In this document: piece by piece, positions 21,821 to 33,104 of the stretch | Numbering within the stretch: the stretch's first letter is position 1 | Layout of the letters: each line of letters starts with the position of its first letter | Source: Thecamonas trahens ATCC 50062 | Lineage: Eukaryota; Protista; Apusomonadida | Assembly (NCBI RefSeq): GCF_000142905.1 | Contig: NW_013657655.1 | Span: 372,001-436,000, forward strand | DNA: 64,000 nt | Direction: 5' to 3' | Position numbers and translations under genes: made by a program | Notes under the pieces: generated by a model | What the model saw: the letters and a program-made list of their open reading frames with translations, nothing else | What the model was told of the DNA's origin: nothing | The model's database searches: none

Positions 21821-24094
21821 ATGTCCAAGTCTGCTCGTCGCCAGGACCAGATGGGCATGCTGATGCAGCACGCCGGAAGCCAGGACTCGCCGGCTGGAAA
21901 GTCGTTCAAGAAGTCGGCGACGGTGTCGTCGCCGGTGCGGCGGACGGCCCGTCGTCGGTCGACCATGCGGTCGATTCTGGGCGGCGGCGCGTCGCCACTG
22001 CCTGTGGTTGCGCCCGAGTCGGTGCTCGATTCGAACGAGAACGACGAGAATGTGCTCTCGCTCAAGATGGAGGACCTGACAGTGAGCGAGAACGAGACGG
22101 CGCCGGCGAGCAAGCCGTTTGACGGCGCCACGTCGCTCTTCCTCGACAGCGACTCGTCGCGGGTGCTCTCGTCGTCGCTGCAGAACTCGTCGATCCAGAG
22201 CCTGATGGGCGAGCTCAACTCGGAGAAGGTGTTGCTCGGCAAGACCCAGGCCAAGCTCGAGGTGGTGGAGGAGTCGTACGCCGCGCTTCGCACTGACCAC
22301 ATTGAGCTGCAGGCCAAGTTCCGTGAGCTCGACCTCAAGTATGAGGGCGCCAAGACCGAGGCTGCCGAGGCGAGCAAGGCCGCCGCCCGCGAGAGCACCA
22401 AGCGCCGCAAGCTCGCCGACAAGTACCGTGAGCTCGAGGCCGAGACCAAGTCGATGGCGGAGCAGACCTCGTCGCGCATCGCGTTTGTTGAGGCCGAGCT
22501 TGCGCGTGAGCACAAGCTTCGCATCAAGATGGAGATGCAGCTCGACTCCGAGTCGCGCGCGCTGAGCTCATCCAAGATGGCGCTGTCTGAGGCCCAGGCC
22601 GAGTCAGCTGCGGCGGTCTCAACTACCCGTGCTGCCGAGGCCGAAGGCGCCGGCGCCAAGGCTGCGGTTGCCAAGGCCTCGTCGGCCATCGAGGCGATCA
22701 GCGCTCAGCTGGCGGCCGAGCAGTCGGCCAAGGCTAAGCTCGCAGCCGAGCTCGCCGAGGTCAAGGCCGAGCTGCGGGCGTCGATCGACTCGCGCGACGC
22801 AACTATCGCCGACCTTGAGGCACAGCTTGTGGCGGCCACCAAGTCGTCACTCTCGGCGTCGGTGGCGGCAGAGACCGCGTCCAAGGGCCTCGCATCGTCG
22901 ATGACCGCCTCGGCCGCGCTGGTCCAGGAGAGCGCAGCAACTGCTGAGCGTGCCAATCGCGAGGCTACCAATGCAGCGACGCTACAGGCCATGCTTGAGG
23001 AGGCACTTGAGACGCTCGAGTCGACCCAGATCGCGCTCGAGGAGACTGCGGCTGACAAAGCTGATGTTGCCGCCAAGCTCGCCGAGACGCAGACCTCGCG
23101 GTACGAGGCGGTCAAAGCTGCCGAGGCTGCCACGACGCACGCCGAGGCGCTTGCCATGCAGGTCGGCCGTCTCGAGACTGCCAACACTGCGCTCGAGAGC
23201 CAGCTGAGTGAGGCACAAGCGTCGCTGCAGGCTGCTGCGGCGGCCGGCTTTACCCAGGCCACCGAGGCCGTCGAGGCGCAGGCGGCGTCCAACGCAACGC
23301 TGACTGCACTCGAGGACAAGGTCAAGATGCTGAGCCAGGCCAACGAGGACCTGCAGCTGAGCAACGACCATGCTCGCCGCGAAATTGAGATGCTCTCTGC
23401 GGCCAAGGCCGAGGTCCAGGCTGCGCTCACCGAGGCCATCGCGGCCTGCGACGCTGCCACCGCCGCCGGCGCCAAGGCTGCCGAGGAGGCCGAGGTCCGC
23501 CGTGGTGCCGAGGCACGCGCCGAGGCCCTCCTGGAGCAGATGAGCAAGACGCTCGAGGCGACCAAGGCGAAGGCCGCCGAGGCCGCGGCCAGTGCTGCTG
23601 CGGCGACCGCCAAGGTTGTCTCGCTTGAGGCCGATCTCGCAGCGTCCGAGGCCGCCCGGGCCAAGCTTGCCGAGAAGGGCGAGCAGGAGGTCGATCTCGC
23701 GAACAAGGCTGCGGCGCGTGCTGTCGACTCGGTCCGTGATGTTGAGGCCTCGCTCAAGGCGACGTCGACCAAGCTGGTGTGCGAGATCGAGGCAGCCAAG
23801 GCTGTCGAGATCGATGCCAAGGTCACCGCCCAGGAGGCCGAGCGCCTCGAGCACGATCGCGCCGTTGAGGCCAAGCGCGCCGCAGCGGCCAAGGCCGAGC
23901 TTGAGGCCCGCATGGCCGAATGGCAGGCAACGTCTGCGCTTCTCGACTCGGCGACCAAGGACGCCGAGGCCCGCGCCGAGCACGAGCGCAAGGCCCGTCT
24001 CGCTGCCGAGGGCCAGCTCGATCGCCTCGAGAAGGAGATCGTGGCCTCGCCGTCGGCCCGCCCCCGCCGCTCCTCGCGCCTCCGCCGCAACTAA
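21821..24094 (+). CDS. Long coiled-coil protein, unknown family
   Basis: 757-aa ORF with host codon bias and A/E/K-rich heptads. Confidence 0.75.
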   Translation: MSKSARRQDQMGMLMQHAGSQDSPAGKSFKKSATVSSPVRRTARRRSTMRSILGGGASPLPVVAPESVLDSNENDENVLSLKMEDLTVSENETAPASKPFDGATSLFLDSDSSRVLSSSLQNSSIQSLMGELNSEKVLLGKTQAKLEVVEESYAALRTDHIELQAKFRELDLKYEGAKTEAAEASKAAARESTKRRKLADKYRELEAETKSMAEQTSSRIAFVEAELAREHKLRIKMEMQLDSESRALSSSKMALSEAQAESAAAVSTTRAAEAEGAGAKAAVAKASSAIEAISAQLAAEQSAKAKLAAELAEVKAELRASIDSRDATIADLEAQLVAATKSSLSASVAAETASKGLASSMTASAALVQESAATAERANREATNAATLQAMLEEALETLESTQIALEETAADKADVAAKLAETQTSRYEAVKAAEAATTHAEALAMQVGRLETANTALESQLSEAQASLQAAAAAGFTQATEAVEAQAASNATLTALEDKVKMLSQANEDLQLSNDHARREIEMLSAAKAEVQAALTEAIAACDAATAAGAKAAEEAEVRRGAEARAEALLEQMSKTLEATKAKAAEAAASAAAATAKVVSLEADLAASEAARAKLAEKGEQEVDLANKAAARAVDSVRDVEASLKATSTKLVCEIEAAKAVEIDAKVTAQEAERLEHDRAVEAKRAAAAKAELEARMAEWQATSALLDSATKDAEARAEHERKARLAAEGQLDRLEKEIVASPSARPRRSSRLRRN

Positions 24095-24253
24095 CTGGAC
24101 TGGCTTTCCGTTCTTCCCGTGTACAATGAATAATCCGAACACAGCAGGGTGCATGCAGCTGGGTTGGCGTCTAGCGGCCACTTGACGCACACCGTGCTCC
24201 GGCTGGTTGGGAGGGAGCAGCCAGGCGGGAGCGGAGCGAAAGGGCGCGGCGGC

Positions 24254-27114
24254 ATGTGGGACGAGCGGTTTGAGAGTGGCGAAGTGCTTGGTATTGGCTT
24301 TGTGTGGGTGTGTCTGGTGGTGCCCACGGTGGCTGTTCTCTATCTCCTCGGCTGGCTCCTCTCGACGGCGGGCGGACTGCTGGCAACGCGACTCGGCGCC
24401 ACGGCATGCGTCGGTCTCGGCACGCTTGGTCTGTGGATATCATGGCGACGGGCAGCTGCACGGGACACACATGTGTCGTCATCAATGGTAATGGTGAGTT
24501 TGGCGGCACACGGCTCGCTCTCGGCCACGAACTCGCGGCTGGTTGCTCCAGTCGATGTGCTCCGTCCGGGCGAGCCAACAGCGATCGTCGTCAAACTTGC
24601 CACTGCTGACGGGGCGGGGGTGGTTGCGAAGGATGTTGGCGGCTTGGGCGCAGGAGCCAACGGTGCGGCAGCTGGGCGCGGCCCGTATGCCACCGCTGAA
24701 GAGGGTGCCGGCGGCGATGGCGAGGGTGAGGCCGGAATCGAGGGCGTTGTCCCTCGGCATGTGGCTGCGCTTGGGCTTGGCATCGCGGTCCAGCGCGCGG
24801 CGAGCGCGGTTGAAAGCGGCGGGCCGCATGTCGGGGGCAAGGGCGGCGGAGTGCTCGAGTCGGTGGCGCTGCGTGAGGACGGGGCGGTCGCCGTTGTCCT
24901 CTCGCCACGAGTGGCGGGCATGTACCGGCTGGTAGCCACGCTGCACGGGGTGCCTGTCACCGGCTCACCGCTGGAGCTGGAGGTGGCACCGGGCACGATC
25001 GACGTGCGCGGGTGTGTGGTTGGCGGCGATGGCCTTGGCCCTGCGCCGCTGGTGGTCTTCCGCGAGGCTCGAGTGACGATCGAAGCACGCGATGGGTACC
25101 ACAACCGGATCTTTGCGGCGGCGCGTCGGAGGCCATGTCGTTCAACCTTGATGGTTGTGAAGCGTACGAGGCCCGGCTCGATGACTACCACAACGGGCTC
25201 TATGCCCTTGTCTTTACGGTCCACGCCGAAGGCGTCTTTACCGGCCGGCTCCTGCTCGACGGCGAGAGTCTGGCGACGTGGAACGTGGTGGTGCTGAGTG
25301 TGACGCAGGCTGCGGCACTGCGGGAGGCCCTGACGCCCCCGCTCACCGCTCGGTCGGCGATTTCTGCGCTCTCGGCATCGCTCAAGCACGGACTCACCAT
25401 GTCCGAGCCTGCGACGCCGTCCGAGGCCTCGGTCGGCAAGGTCGGCGGAAGCAGCTTTGACTCTGGCGAGAGCGGCATGGTCGGGCGAACGCTCTCGGCA
25501 ACATCGCTGGTTGGGCTGGAGGCCGAAGCGAGCAGCGGTGGCAGCGGCGGCGTGGTCTCCAAGGTTGCGTTCAAGGTTGTGCTGCACTCTGCGTCGCTGA
25601 CGACGATGGTGGTGGACGAGCGGCTGGCGGTCATGGGGAGCTCGGGCGATGAGGTGGTTGTGGAGGAAAGCGAGGTGTTGAAGCTAGTCATCACGCCGCG
25701 ACGACTGCTACTCAAGCGGTATGTGCTGCTTGGCCTTGTGCCGCAGCGTGTGGCTAAGATGCGGCTCGGGCGCGGGGCGAGGCTTGTGCTTGACCCCGGG
25801 TCGCAGACCGAGTTCACGATCTCCAACTCGCGTGAGTCGCTGCGGATGGCGGTTGTGAGGCACGAGGAGCGCGAGGTGCTATACGGCGCGTTTGTGGCGC
25901 TGCAGGCGGCAGCGGAGGAACGCGGCGGACGTGAGCACGCAGCGGCGGCACTCGAGGCCAAAACCGCGGCGTTGTACGCCGAGTTGCAGGCACAGCACGC
26001 GCGGGCGGCGCGCGAGTCGGGTGTCGTCAAGTGGGTCAATCTCAGCCTGCAGGTTGAGGGCGATGCCAGCGAGTCACTGCCTGAGACGCTGGCGGGACTC
26101 TGGCCGGCGGCGGTGCGTGAGCTCGGTGGCCTGCGCAGCTCCAAGTGGCGCAAGCGTTTCCGTCTTCGTGGCGCAAGCTCGTTTGTAGGCTGGGCAGCAG
26201 CGCTTGCGTCGCACGCTTTGGGCAGCGGCGCGCTGGGCCTCTTTGAGCGGACGGGACGAACAGCGCATCCGCAAGCGGGGCGGACAAGCGGGAGCAAGAG
26301 CGGGCTCGCGGCGCTGCGGCTGTGCGGGCGGCTGGCAGCCAAGATTGTGTACGACGGAGCGGTTCACGGAGCGAGCGAGGTCGGGCGGCGCGAGCTGGGC
26401 GTCCCGCTCTCGCTCTCACTGCGGCGGCTTGTGGTCGGGCTCCCGGTGACGGCCGAGTGCCTTGCGGTCGACGCGCCGATGGTGTACGCCGAGCAAGTCC
26501 TCCCGCTGGCGTTCAACGATGCGTCGGCAAGCTCTGCGATGGCGTTTACCATCCGCGACGGCGAGACGGAGGTCGAGCTTGTCCCTGATGGGGCGAGCCA
26601 CGCGGTGACCGAGCGCAACAAGGAGTGGTATCTTGCGCTGCTGGCGCACTACTGGGCCGTGACGCGTGTGGAGAAGCAGGTGATGGCGTTTCTAGAAGGC
26701 TTCTACGAGCTTGTGCCGGCCGAGCTGGTCATCGGCATCGACGAGTGCGAGCTCGAGGTTCTCCTGCACGGTCTCCCGCGGGTGGAAGTGCGCCGGTTGC
26801 AGAGTGCGGCAGTGTATGCAGCGCCGGAGCGACTGAGCAGTGGGAGTGAGGTGGCGGCCTGGGTTTGGGACGCTGTTGACGCCTTTGCGCCGCTCGACCA
26901 GGCCCGGTTCCTCCACTTTGTCCTCGGGACCTGCGTCATCGACGACTCTGCCGATCCTGGCAGCGTAGCCGTTGTTCTCGCACCTGCAGATGGCTCGGTA
27001 TTTGCCGCTCGCCGAGTTGTTCGCACCCTTGACGTCCCGGTCGACATGCTCTCCTCCTACCACGATGTGTACGATGCGCTCCTGGCAGCCATCTACGACG
27101 ACCGAGACAGTTGA
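24254..27114 (+). CDS. AREL1/KIAA0317-like protein (TM segments, filamin repeats, HECT); HECT lacks the catalytic Cys; frameshift near 25110-25130
   Basis: Filamin PRVAGMYRLVATLHGVPVTGSP. AREL1-like LVITPRRLLLKRYVLLGLVPQR. HECT EVELVPDGASHAVTERNKEWY, FLEGFYELVP, ELEVLLHG, RFLHFVLG. ORFs 24149..25297 and 25012..27114 overlap in different frames. Confidence 0.8.
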
Positions 27115-27492
27115 TGGGAGAGAGGCTTTATGCGTGTGTGCGTATGTGTGTGTGTGTGTGGGGGGCTGTTGGGGGGTGCAGGACATAAAATTGTACAACC
27201 TCGATCCGTTGGCCCCGGCGCACCGTGGCCGCCTCGGCGCCCATCCAGCCAGTGCGGCGAGTAGAGCGCGCGCGAGGCAAAGGGCGAGGTCGAGACAAAG
27301 GCAAAAGACCACACTTGTCGACCGACAAGAGGCGAGCGAGCAAGCAGCGCGTGCGCAAGAGTGGGCAGAGAGAGACGTTCCTGGCACTGTCTGTGTCGTG
27401 GGCTTTGATTGAGCTGTGGCTTGCTGTCGCTTGTTGTGGCAGCTGAGTGAGCGGTGAGCTCTGTGTGTGTGTGTTTGTGTGTGTGTGTGATC

Positions 27493-28278
27493 ATGCTGAG
27501 GCTCGGACGACGGGCGCTGGTGGCGTACAATGCTGCGCTGGCGGCGCATCCGTTCAAGACAAATCTGGCTACGGCTGGAGTGGCTACCTTTCTGGGCGAT
27601 GTGCTGGCGCAGCATGTGGAGCACTTTCGGGGCGTGAAGAGAAAGAGCCACGGGAACGGCGATGGCGGCGATGGCAGCTGCAACGACGCGATGGGCGCGA
27701 CCGGTGCGACGTGCGCGACGGGTGTGGAGGCCAAGCTCGCTGGGATGCAGGTTGTGGAGGCTGTGGAGGCCGTGAACGGCGGAATGGGCGGGGCAGGCGG
27801 TGGGCGGTGGGCGATGGTTGCGGACAAGATGGCGACGATGGAGCTGGATTGGACGCGGACGGCGGTGATGACATCGTGGGGCGCGACGCTGTACGCTGGC
27901 ATTTGGCTGCCGTGGTACAAGATCATGGACAAGACGGTGACGTTTACGCGGCCGGTTGTTGCTGCGGCGGCGCTCAAGTCTGGACTGACCGCGCTGATTG
28001 CGGCGCCAGTGGCAAACACGGTCTTTTTCAGCTATGTCACAACAGTCGAGTACATGCTGGAAAGCGAGGAGGAGCGTGCCGGCAAGGCTGCGCTCAGCGA
28101 TCGAGTGGTGGCCAAGCTTGATGCCGAGCTGCTGAACACTTGGGCGTCGTCGGCTAAGCTCTGGGGACCGGTCATGACGCTCAACTGGTGGATTGTGCCG
28201 ATGCAATACCGGTTCATTGTCTCTGTCTTTGTCTCTGTGGGGTGGAACACGTTCCTCTCGTTGGTCCAGCATCGTTGA
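27493..28278 (+). CDS. Mpv17/PMP22 family membrane protein
   Basis: YNAALAAHPFKTN...GDVLAQ, DWTRT, LWGPVMTLNWWIVPMQYR...VSVGWNTFLS. Confidence 0.9.
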   Translation: MLRLGRRALVAYNAALAAHPFKTNLATAGVATFLGDVLAQHVEHFRGVKRKSHGNGDGGDGSCNDAMGATGATCATGVEAKLAGMQVVEAVEAVNGGMGGAGGGRWAMVADKMATMELDWTRTAVMTSWGATLYAGIWLPWYKIMDKTVTFTRPVVAAAALKSGLTALIAAPVANTVFFSYVTTVEYMLESEEERAGKAALSDRVVAKLDAELLNTWASSAKLWGPVMTLNWWIVPMQYRFIVSVFVSVGWNTFLSLVQHR

Positions 28279-28309
28279 GGATGTAAAGCAATAAAGAGGT
28301 GGACAGGCA

Positions 28310-30601
28310 CTATGCGCGCGGGAGCTTGCCTTGGGCGCGGAGCAGCTTCTCCCGGGCGGCCTGGTAGCGCAGGATCTCATCATCGGCCTCCTTGTTGCCG
28401 GTGAGCGGGAGCGGCGAGGTGGGCGGGGGAGTGGGCGAGGCCCGCGAGGCTTGCGACGGCGAGGCGGGATGCGAGGCGGCCTGGGCGCGGGTGGCGAGGG
28501 TAAGGTAGTAGACTTCAAAGTCCTGCGACATCTTGACGCGGTTCTTCTCCATCAGCAGCTGAAGGTGCTCGATCTCGCGGCGGAGATCCTTGAGCTTGTA
28601 GAACGCGCGCTTGTACTTTGCCTTTTCCTTCTCGACGGCGACCTTGAGGCGAGCCTCCTCCGAGTCGGGCGCCGAAGTGTTGGGCGCGTCGGGGTGGACG
28701 TCGTCGTCGAGGATGCCCTGCATAGCGCGCTCGACTCGGAGCTGCTCGATCATGGCCTTCACACCGTTGATGGACTGGCGCGAGGCGTTAACCTCTTCGC
28801 CGAGCGCCTTGGCCTCGGCGTACTTGTCCTTGAGCAGCTCTTGGTTGGAGGCGAGCCACTCGGTGTTAGCATACGAGGCCTTAAACGCCTCAAAGGCCTC
28901 GTCGCGTGAGGGCAGGGCCGGCTCGGAGCTTGGCTCAGGCTCAGGCTCGCTGGAAGGGAGGTCGACGCGCACGGCTTGCACCGGGGCGGAATTTTCGGCG
29001 TCGGCCTTGGTGGTGGCGGGGTGGGCGGCGGCGGACGGCGGCGAAGGACCCGAGGTGACGGCAGAGCGCGAGTTGTAGTACCCGAGAGCCGGGGTCTGGG
29101 TGGTGGCCTCTGCCGAAGATCGGGCGGCCGAGGCGAGGACAGGCTCTGCTTTGGCCTTTTCGACCATGCCCATAAGGATCTCGATCTCGGCGTCACGCTG
29201 CTTGAGCACGCCCTTGAGTTTGCGGTACTTGGCGGCGAGGTGGGCGTCGTGCGGGGCGCTGCTCGGCGCAGGGCTTGCCGATGGAAGAGCACCCGCGCCG
29301 GGCTGGAGGGCCAGCGACTTGAAGACGGCGTAGGCTTCGCGGATGAGGATCATTTCGACAAAGGGAAGGGCGGCGTCAGGCGAGGTGTCTGCAATGTAGG
29401 CGCGGACAGCAGCGGCGACGCGGGCACGCTCCGAGTCTGTGATGGGCCCGCGGTCGGCATCACGGCCTGTGGCGAGAGCAAGCTCCTCCTTGAGGTGGCG
29501 GACCTCGGCCTTGAGGCGCTTGATGATGACGTCTGGGTTGAGCTCCTCGTTGATGCGGACGGTGTTTGTGATTTGCGCGACGCGCGAGGCGAAGCGGCAG
29601 GTGGAGATTGACTCGAGGAGGCACGGCTCGTCAAAGTTGAGGGTGGCAATCATGACAGTCATGCAGTTGCCGCCAAGCGAGTCGCGGAGAACGGTGGTCA
29701 TCATCGAGTTGCGATAGGGGATGTGGTTGCGGCCCTTTGTAGCGCGCTCGCGGAGGGCCATGATAACGAGCTCGAGGTGATGGAGCGAGACGTTGATGTA
29801 CTTGGCCTCGGTGAGGAGCTGGCCCTGGACGCCGGTGCGGCCGACGCGCTCGGAACCGGCAAGATCAACCAGGTGGAGCTTTGAGGCGCGGACGGTGTCC
29901 TCGCCGTCTTTGGAGGCGGTGACGGCGACGGTGAAGATACAGTGCGAGCGTGACGAGGCGTCATTGAGCGGGGTTTCTGCGATCATGCGGGTGGTGTCGC
30001 CGAGAAATAGCAGGTTGAGCGCCTCCTCCTCTGAGTTGGCCTGATGAGCCGAGAGGTTGCGGAGGAGAATGGCGCCGTTCTCGGCCTCTTGGACCACGAC
30101 CTGCGGCAGATCCTCCAGCGAGGTCGACTCGCGGGTGGGATTGAGCAGATCGTACCCGGTGTTGTTGTAGATCTCCAAGTACGAGATGTGGGCCGAGTAG
30201 TGTGTGGTAGGATCGTCGGCAAACGAGTCAAAGAGGAGCGAGAGGGCGCGCGGAATGATGCCACGGGCAGCGTACGACTCTGGCCCTCCGGTCATGGTGT
30301 AGGTCTTGCCCGAGCCAGTCTGACCGTAGGCAAACAAGGTAGCGTTGTAGCCCTCGAGCACATGCTTGACAGACTTGGCCGCCACCTTTTCAAACACTTC
30401 ATCTTGCTTGGTATCTGCGTCCAGGATGTCGGTAAAGCCAAACTCGTACGTCTCTCGGAGGTTCTGTGGCGCAGAAGGGTCAGCCACCCGCGGGACGGCG
30501 ACACGGAGGCGCTTGTCGAGGGCGTCGACAGAGTAGAGACTGCTGGCTCGCCCGGGTGATGGCCGGATGCGGCAGTAGGTGCGGATGGCAGAGTGGGCCA
30601 T
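28310..30601 (-). CDS. KIF6: Kinesin-9 family motor (KIF6-like)
   Basis: Likely start MAHSAIRTYCRIRP (ATG 30601). Motifs FAYGQTGSGKT, SSRSH, LVDLAGSE, HIPYRNSMMT, ESISTCRFA, and C-terminal TGNKEADDEI. Confidence 0.88.
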   Translation of the reverse strand: MAHSAIRTYCRIRPSPGRASSLYSVDALDKRLRVAVPRVADPSAPQNLRETYEFGFTDILDADTKQDEVFEKVAAKSVKHVLEGYNATLFAYGQTGSGKTYTMTGGPESYAARGIIPRALSLLFDSFADDPTTHYSAHISYLEIYNNTGYDLLNPTRESTSLEDLPQVVVQEAENGAILLRNLSAHQANSEEEALNLLFLGDTTRMIAETPLNDASSRSHCIFTVAVTASKDGEDTVRASKLHLVDLAGSERVGRTGVQGQLLTEAKYINVSLHHLELVIMALRERATKGRNHIPYRNSMMTTVLRDSLGGNCMTVMIATLNFDEPCLLESISTCRFASRVAQITNTVRINEELNPDVIIKRLKAEVRHLKEELALATGRDADRGPITDSERARVAAAVRAYIADTSPDAALPFVEMILIREAYAVFKSLALQPGAGALPSASPAPSSAPHDAHLAAKYRKLKGVLKQRDAEIEILMGMVEKAKAEPVLASAARSSAEATTQTPALGYYNSRSAVTSGPSPPSAAAHPATTKADAENSAPVQAVRVDLPSSEPEPEPSSEPALPSRDEAFEAFKASYANTEWLASNQELLKDKYAEAKALGEEVNASRQSINGVKAMIEQLRVERAMQGILDDDVHPDAPNTSAPDSEEARLKVAVEKEKAKYKRAFYKLKDLRREIEHLQLLMEKNRVKMSQDFEVYYLTLATRAQAASHPASPSQASRASPTPPPTSPLPLTGNKEADDEILRYQAAREKLLRAQGKLPRA

Positions 30602-30812
30602 GGACCTGTGCGTGTGGTGGTCGTGGTGTGTGTGGTGGTGGTGTGTGTGGTGGTGGTGGTGGGTGTCGTGGGTGGGGTGGGGGGGGGGGCAGGTGGCGCC
30701 AAGTTGAGTGTGTGTGGCGCGCGCCAGATTGGGCCGGCTGCTCGGCGGAGATGGGCGCCTACAATTCAATCGGGGGGGGGGGGGGGGAAGGAGATGATAG
30801 CGGAGGGCCGGA

Positions 30813-32162
30813 TCATGTGCGGAACCTCTGGCGGACGACGTGCTCGACAAGATAGGCGCCGTTGTGGGAGTCGGCAGCGGTAAGGGTGGCGTGGGAAGCG
30901 TCGATAGAGGCGTATGGCGAACAGTGGGCGGAGCAGGTGTAGACGACAATGTTGGCAAAGTCGATAAAGCCGTCTCCGGCCTCAAGGTCTGGGTGGAGGA
31001 GGTAGAAGAGAAGTTGTGGGAGGATCTGGAACTCAAAGACACGCGGAGCGCCGCAGGCGCCGCATGGCGGGACGTCCTCGGGAACGGGCAGCGGATCGTC
31101 GCCAGAGACGGGCAGCGGCTCGCGGTCGGCGGCGAGGGCCGGCGAGGGCTCGTCGGCGTCGTCGACAAAGTAGCGGAGGACCTGGTCGGGGGCGATAGAG
31201 GTGCGGTCCTTGAAGGCGTTGTAGACAAAGTCCTGGTGGCCCACAAGGTCTGCGATGGCAGCCTCGACCGAGTTGGGCGCCGGCTCAGCGCCGTCGTCGC
31301 CAGCATCATTGTCGAGCGGAGCTGGCTCGCCACGCTTGCGGGCCCGGGCCTCTTCCTTTTCATACTCGGCGATGAGGCGCTCGAGGTGTTGGCGCTTCTC
31401 GACATCGCGCGGACGAATGGCCGACGTGGTAGCCGCAACCAGATCGTCCGACGGCTCGTCGACGGCGGCGTCGGCGGCGACGTCCTCTTCGGCCTCCATG
31501 ACAAGCTCGTGTTCGGGAAAGACAAACGGCGAGACACCTGAGCGCTCGGCGACGACAATGTGGCCACCATCTGCGGCGGATGAGCTTGCGCCGGCCAGCG
31601 TACCGCACTCGGCGGCGTGGCCGCGGGCCCAGTCGTCGGCTTGGTGATGGCGGCCGCAGTAGGCGACGGCGGAGCACTTGCCGCAGCGCTTGGCCGGGAC
31701 AGCGCGGCAGATGAGACAGACTTTGCCCTCGAGCTCGTCAGGCGTCAGCACAGCAGCGTTCAACTCGCCCTCGGGCCCATCGCGGGCATCAGCCATGTCC
31801 GCCACGTAGTACGGGTTGGCCAGTGGGAGCTGGCTCCGGACCACAGCCTGGGCGCCGGGCGCATCGTTGCATCCTCCGGCCTTGCAGGCAAAGACATACA
31901 GGGCGCGATGAAAGGCGGCGGCAACGTTGCGGCGAGGGGCATAGATCTGCAGCATGAACGCCATCTTCTTCCCGCAGTTGCCGCAGCAGAGCGCATCGGC
32001 AGCAGGCGTGGCGGCCGGGTCGAGCCACGCCGGAGCGCCGCCGACCTTATGGGGAAAGAACCCACGGGTGACGAGATCAGGGTGAGCCAGTGGCTCACAG
32101 AAAGCGAGTTGGATATGTGCTGAGCTCTCCACCTCCACTACGTCGGCTGACGTGGCGCTCAT
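30813..32162 (-). CDS. PDCD2: Programmed cell death protein 2 (MYND finger + PDCD2_C)
   Basis: KVGGAPAWL, C..C...MAFMLQIYAP, FHRALYVF, MYND finger, PDQVLRY, RVFEFQILPQLL, VVYTC. Confidence 0.92.
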   Translation of the reverse strand: MSATSADVVEVESSAHIQLAFCEPLAHPDLVTRGFFPHKVGGAPAWLDPAATPAADALCCGNCGKKMAFMLQIYAPRRNVAAAFHRALYVFACKAGGCNDAPGAQAVVRSQLPLANPYYVADMADARDGPEGELNAAVLTPDELEGKVCLICRAVPAKRCGKCSAVAYCGRHHQADDWARGHAAECGTLAGASSSAADGGHIVVAERSGVSPFVFPEHELVMEAEEDVAADAAVDEPSDDLVAATTSAIRPRDVEKRQHLERLIAEYEKEEARARKRGEPAPLDNDAGDDGAEPAPNSVEAAIADLVGHQDFVYNAFKDRTSIAPDQVLRYFVDDADEPSPALAADREPLPVSGDDPLPVPEDVPPCGACGAPRVFEFQILPQLLFYLLHPDLEAGDGFIDFANIVVYTCSAHCSPYASIDASHATLTAADSHNGAYLVEHVVRQRFRT

Positions 32163-32580
32163 GGTCGGCAGGAGGTGGTGCTACGACGAGTGTGTGATGG
32201 ATGGGAGGATGTTGCCGAATGGAGTTCATTTGCGCCAAACAACCGCGCGTTGCGGGGTCCGTGCTCTTGCAGCGAAGCGGCGATCGGAACTCGGCTGGTA
32301 GCCGGCGGGGCAGCCGGGCAGTAGTACAGGGAGGTAGCTGGAGTCGCGGCTGGAGGAGTGCGTGATGAAGAGAGGTATTGCCGGGGCGCAGTGTTGCGAT
32401 CTGTAGAGCGATACTAGCTCACGCGCATCGAGTAGTGAGCGCAAACCGTCAGCGACGCACCCGCGCGGCTGACCAATCCCCTCACATCGTCCCTATCTTT
32501 CACCCTAAGCCTGATTCCGCGACCGCACCTCGACCGCTGTACCTCCTCCACCTTTACCCCTCTTCCCTCCCATCGCCGCC

Positions 32581-32760
32581 CCGGAACCAAGCCCGCCGGA
32601 ACCAAGCCCGCCGGAACCAAGCCCGCCGGAACCTCGCCAGCCAACAACCGTCGGTGCTCGTGATGGAAAGCAAGTGAAAAAAAGTGGCGAAAACTGGGTC
32701 GGCTGGTCGGCTGGTCGGCTGATCGGCTGGTCGGCTGGTCGGCTGGTCGGCTGGTCGGCC
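32581..32760. repeat. Two minisatellites in the divergent PDCD2/BRPF-like intergenic region
   Basis: CCGGAACCAAGCCCG x3.5 (32581-32633); GGTCGGCT x~8 (32697-32760). Confidence 0.9.
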
Positions 32761-33104
32761 GGCGGTAGCGGTAGCAGCGAGGGAGCCAACCGCTCCTCCT
32801 GCACTGGCTGGGGAAAGAGAATTCCTTCCCATGCGGACGACGCGGCGTTTGTCGGTGCAAACATTTCCAACTGCGCCGACCAATGCTGACATACCGAACA
32901 TCTACCCCATTGAGCCTCCGTTCTCCATGGAGGTCGAGGAGCTGATGTGCGTGACGTCTTTGCCGCTGGCTCCGGCTCCAGCTGCCGGTGGCGGTGCAAG
33001 TTCGGCGACAGCATCCACGGCTAGCGGACAGAGTGGCAGTGCCGGGCCGGTAGGGAGCGGAGCCGGCAGCTCGAGCAGCGGGACAGGAGGAGGAGGAGGA
33101 GGGG

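Noticed and set aside
17460-25140. Programmed ribosomal frameshifting at the two host-gene frameshifts
   Set aside because: No supporting stimulatory structure seen; draft-assembly indels are more parsimonious.
26692-28518. 608-aa minus-strand ORF
   Set aside because: Antisense to the HECT and Mpv17 genes and crosses microsatellites.
30602-31570. N-terminal extension of the 1086-aa kinesin ORF
   Set aside because: Overlaps PDCD2 in another frame and crosses low-complexity intergenic DNA; the motor domain starts at ATG 30601.
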